From NCBI GenBank assembly GCA_951812345.1, contig OX638295.1, positions 2,414,965 to 2,478,964 on the forward strand: a DNA stretch of 64,000 nucleotides, given 5' to 3'. Positions within the stretch are counted from its first letter, which is position 1. Each line of letters begins with the position of its first letter. This document shows, one piece after another, positions 63,132-64,000 of this stretch. The notes under the pieces are model-generated. The model was not told where the DNA came from, made no database searches, and was given only the letters and a program-made list of their open reading frames with translations. Source of the DNA: Rhodothermales bacterium. Its GTDB lineage: Bacteria > Bacteroidota > Rhodothermia > Rhodothermales > VXPQ01. A program made the position numbers and the translations under genes.

Positions 63132-64000
63132 ATGATTCCGCGGGAACTGTTCAGGAAAATTCGGCGGATCGAAATCCGCACGAAAGGGCTTGTCAATAAT
63201 TTCTTCGGAGGCGAATACCACTCGGCCTTCAAGGGGCTGGGTATCGAATTTTCGGAAGTGCGCCCGTACCAGGTGGGAGACGATATCCGTTCGATCGACT
63301 GGAACGTCTCTGCGCGAACCGGAGAGACCTATGTGAAGGTGTTCGAGGAGGAACGCGAGCAAACGCTCATGCTGGTAGTGGACGTATCCGGGTCGGAGGA
63401 TTTTGGATCGCAAGCGCAGTTCAAACGAGAGGGTGCAGCAGAGATCTGTGCGATCATCGGGTTCAGCGCCATTTCCAACAACGACAAGGTGGGGCTCCTG
63501 CTGACCTCGGACCGGGTCGAACTCTTCGTGCCCCCGAAAAAGGGGCGCCGGCATGTACTACGCCTGCTCCGGGACCTGTTTGCCCACGAACCGGAATCCC
63601 GGAAAACCGACCTTGCAGCAGCTCTGAATTATCTGCCCCGTATGCTCAATCGCCGCTCCATCGTGCTCGTCATCAGCGATTTTATGGACGAGGGGTTCGA
63701 GAAGGCGTTGCGGGTTGTGGCCCGGCGTCACGACACCATCGGCGTGCGGCTCGAGGATCCTCGCGAACAGACGTTGCCGCGGATGGGACTGGTCGAGTTG
63801 ACCGATGCTGAAACCGGCGAAACGGTCATCGTGGACACGAGCGACCGGCGGGTACGCGAAGCATTCGCCGCCTCCGCAAGGACGCGCCGGGCGCAACTCG
63901 ACGACCTGTTCCGGCGCATCGGGATGGATCATGTGACCATCCGCATGGACGAAGGGTATGTGGAACCCCTGATCCGGTTCTTCCGCCAACGAAACAGGAG
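63132..64000 (+). CDS. DUF58 (vWA-like, MoxR-associated) protein, runs off window end
   Basis: Manual translation from ATG 63132: MIPRELFRKIRRIEIRTKGLVNNFFGGEYHSAFKGLGIEFSEVRPYQVGDDIRSIDWNVSART...; open to position 64000; not in ORF track. Confidence 0.75.
   Translation, partial: MIPRELFRKIRRIEIRTKGLVNNFFGGEYHSAFKGLGIEFSEVRPYQVGDDIRSIDWNVSARTGETYVKVFEEEREQTLMLVVDVSGSEDFGSQAQFKREGAAEICAIIGFSAISNNDKVGLLLTSDRVELFVPPKKGRRHVLRLLRDLFAHEPESRKTDLAAALNYLPRMLNRRSIVLVISDFMDEGFEKALRVVARRHDTIGVRLEDPREQTLPRMGLVELTDAETGETVIVDTSDRRVREAFAASARTRRAQLDDLFRRIGMDHVTIRMDEGYVEPLIRFFRQRNR

Noticed and set aside
1-64000. CRISPR arrays, rRNA genes, integrases, toxin-antitoxin pairs
   Set aside because: No regularly spaced 25-40-nt repeats, rRNA-like sequence or recombinase motifs were seen on either strand. 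The only transposase-like sequence is the IS1595 remnant.

Overview
GC-rich (about 60% by eye) bacterial chromosomal window. Gene content (TAT-exported Gfo/Idh/MocA oxidoreductase, Cys-type sulfatase, TonB, DUF5683 gene after parAB, NupG-type and CNT nucleoside transporters) suggests a Bacteroidota/Rhodothermota-like organism; this is inference only. Most of the window (16.4-55.1 kb and 60.6-64 kb) is ordinary housekeeping or catabolic chromosome: holB, purU, sbcB, EF-G paralogue, tsaB, accD, photolyase, P450/amidohydrolase/SSS/AGE operon, nnr, tonB, rpiA, parAB, purQ. Two regions are accessory. (1) 2.8-16.4 kb is a compositionally mosaic defence island directly downstream of a tRNA-Met(CAT) gene, with all genes on the minus strand: an orphan polytopic membrane protein; a type I R-M system (hsdM-hsdS-hsdR) with two extra ORFs wedged between hsdM and hsdS (a J-domain/KTSC chimera start/stop-coupled to hsdS, and a SIR2-like N-terminal fragment coupled to hsdM); and an AAA+ ATPase plus S8 subtilase pair resembling the published IetAS defence system. 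No integrase or att repeat was found. (2) 55.1-60.6 kb is an anomalous segment. It holds a 3.3-kb unit bounded by near-perfect 41-bp inverted repeats, containing a collagen-like lipoprotein gene ATGA-coupled to a ~2-kb reading frame (interrupted only by one TAG and one TGA) that abuts a frameshifted, truncated IS1595-type transposase. Helically phased A-tract arrays lie on both sides. To its right is an ORF-poor ~1.1 kb. The most interesting signal in the window, in my judgement, is in that ORF-poor stretch: a candidate ~0.5-kb structured RNA on the minus strand with a near-consensus sigma70-type promoter, an intrinsic terminator and several UUCG/GNRA-capped hairpins. I could not match it by eye to any RNA family I know. 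A dispersed 14-17-nt motif (AAGGATACTCTGATTA) recurs in intergenic regions, sometimes as inverted pairs bracketing single genes and the whole anomalous segment. Two edge-truncated genes (1..1320 minus; 63132..64000 plus) are missing from the ORF track and were found by manual translation. All family assignments come from motif recognition by eye; no searches were run.
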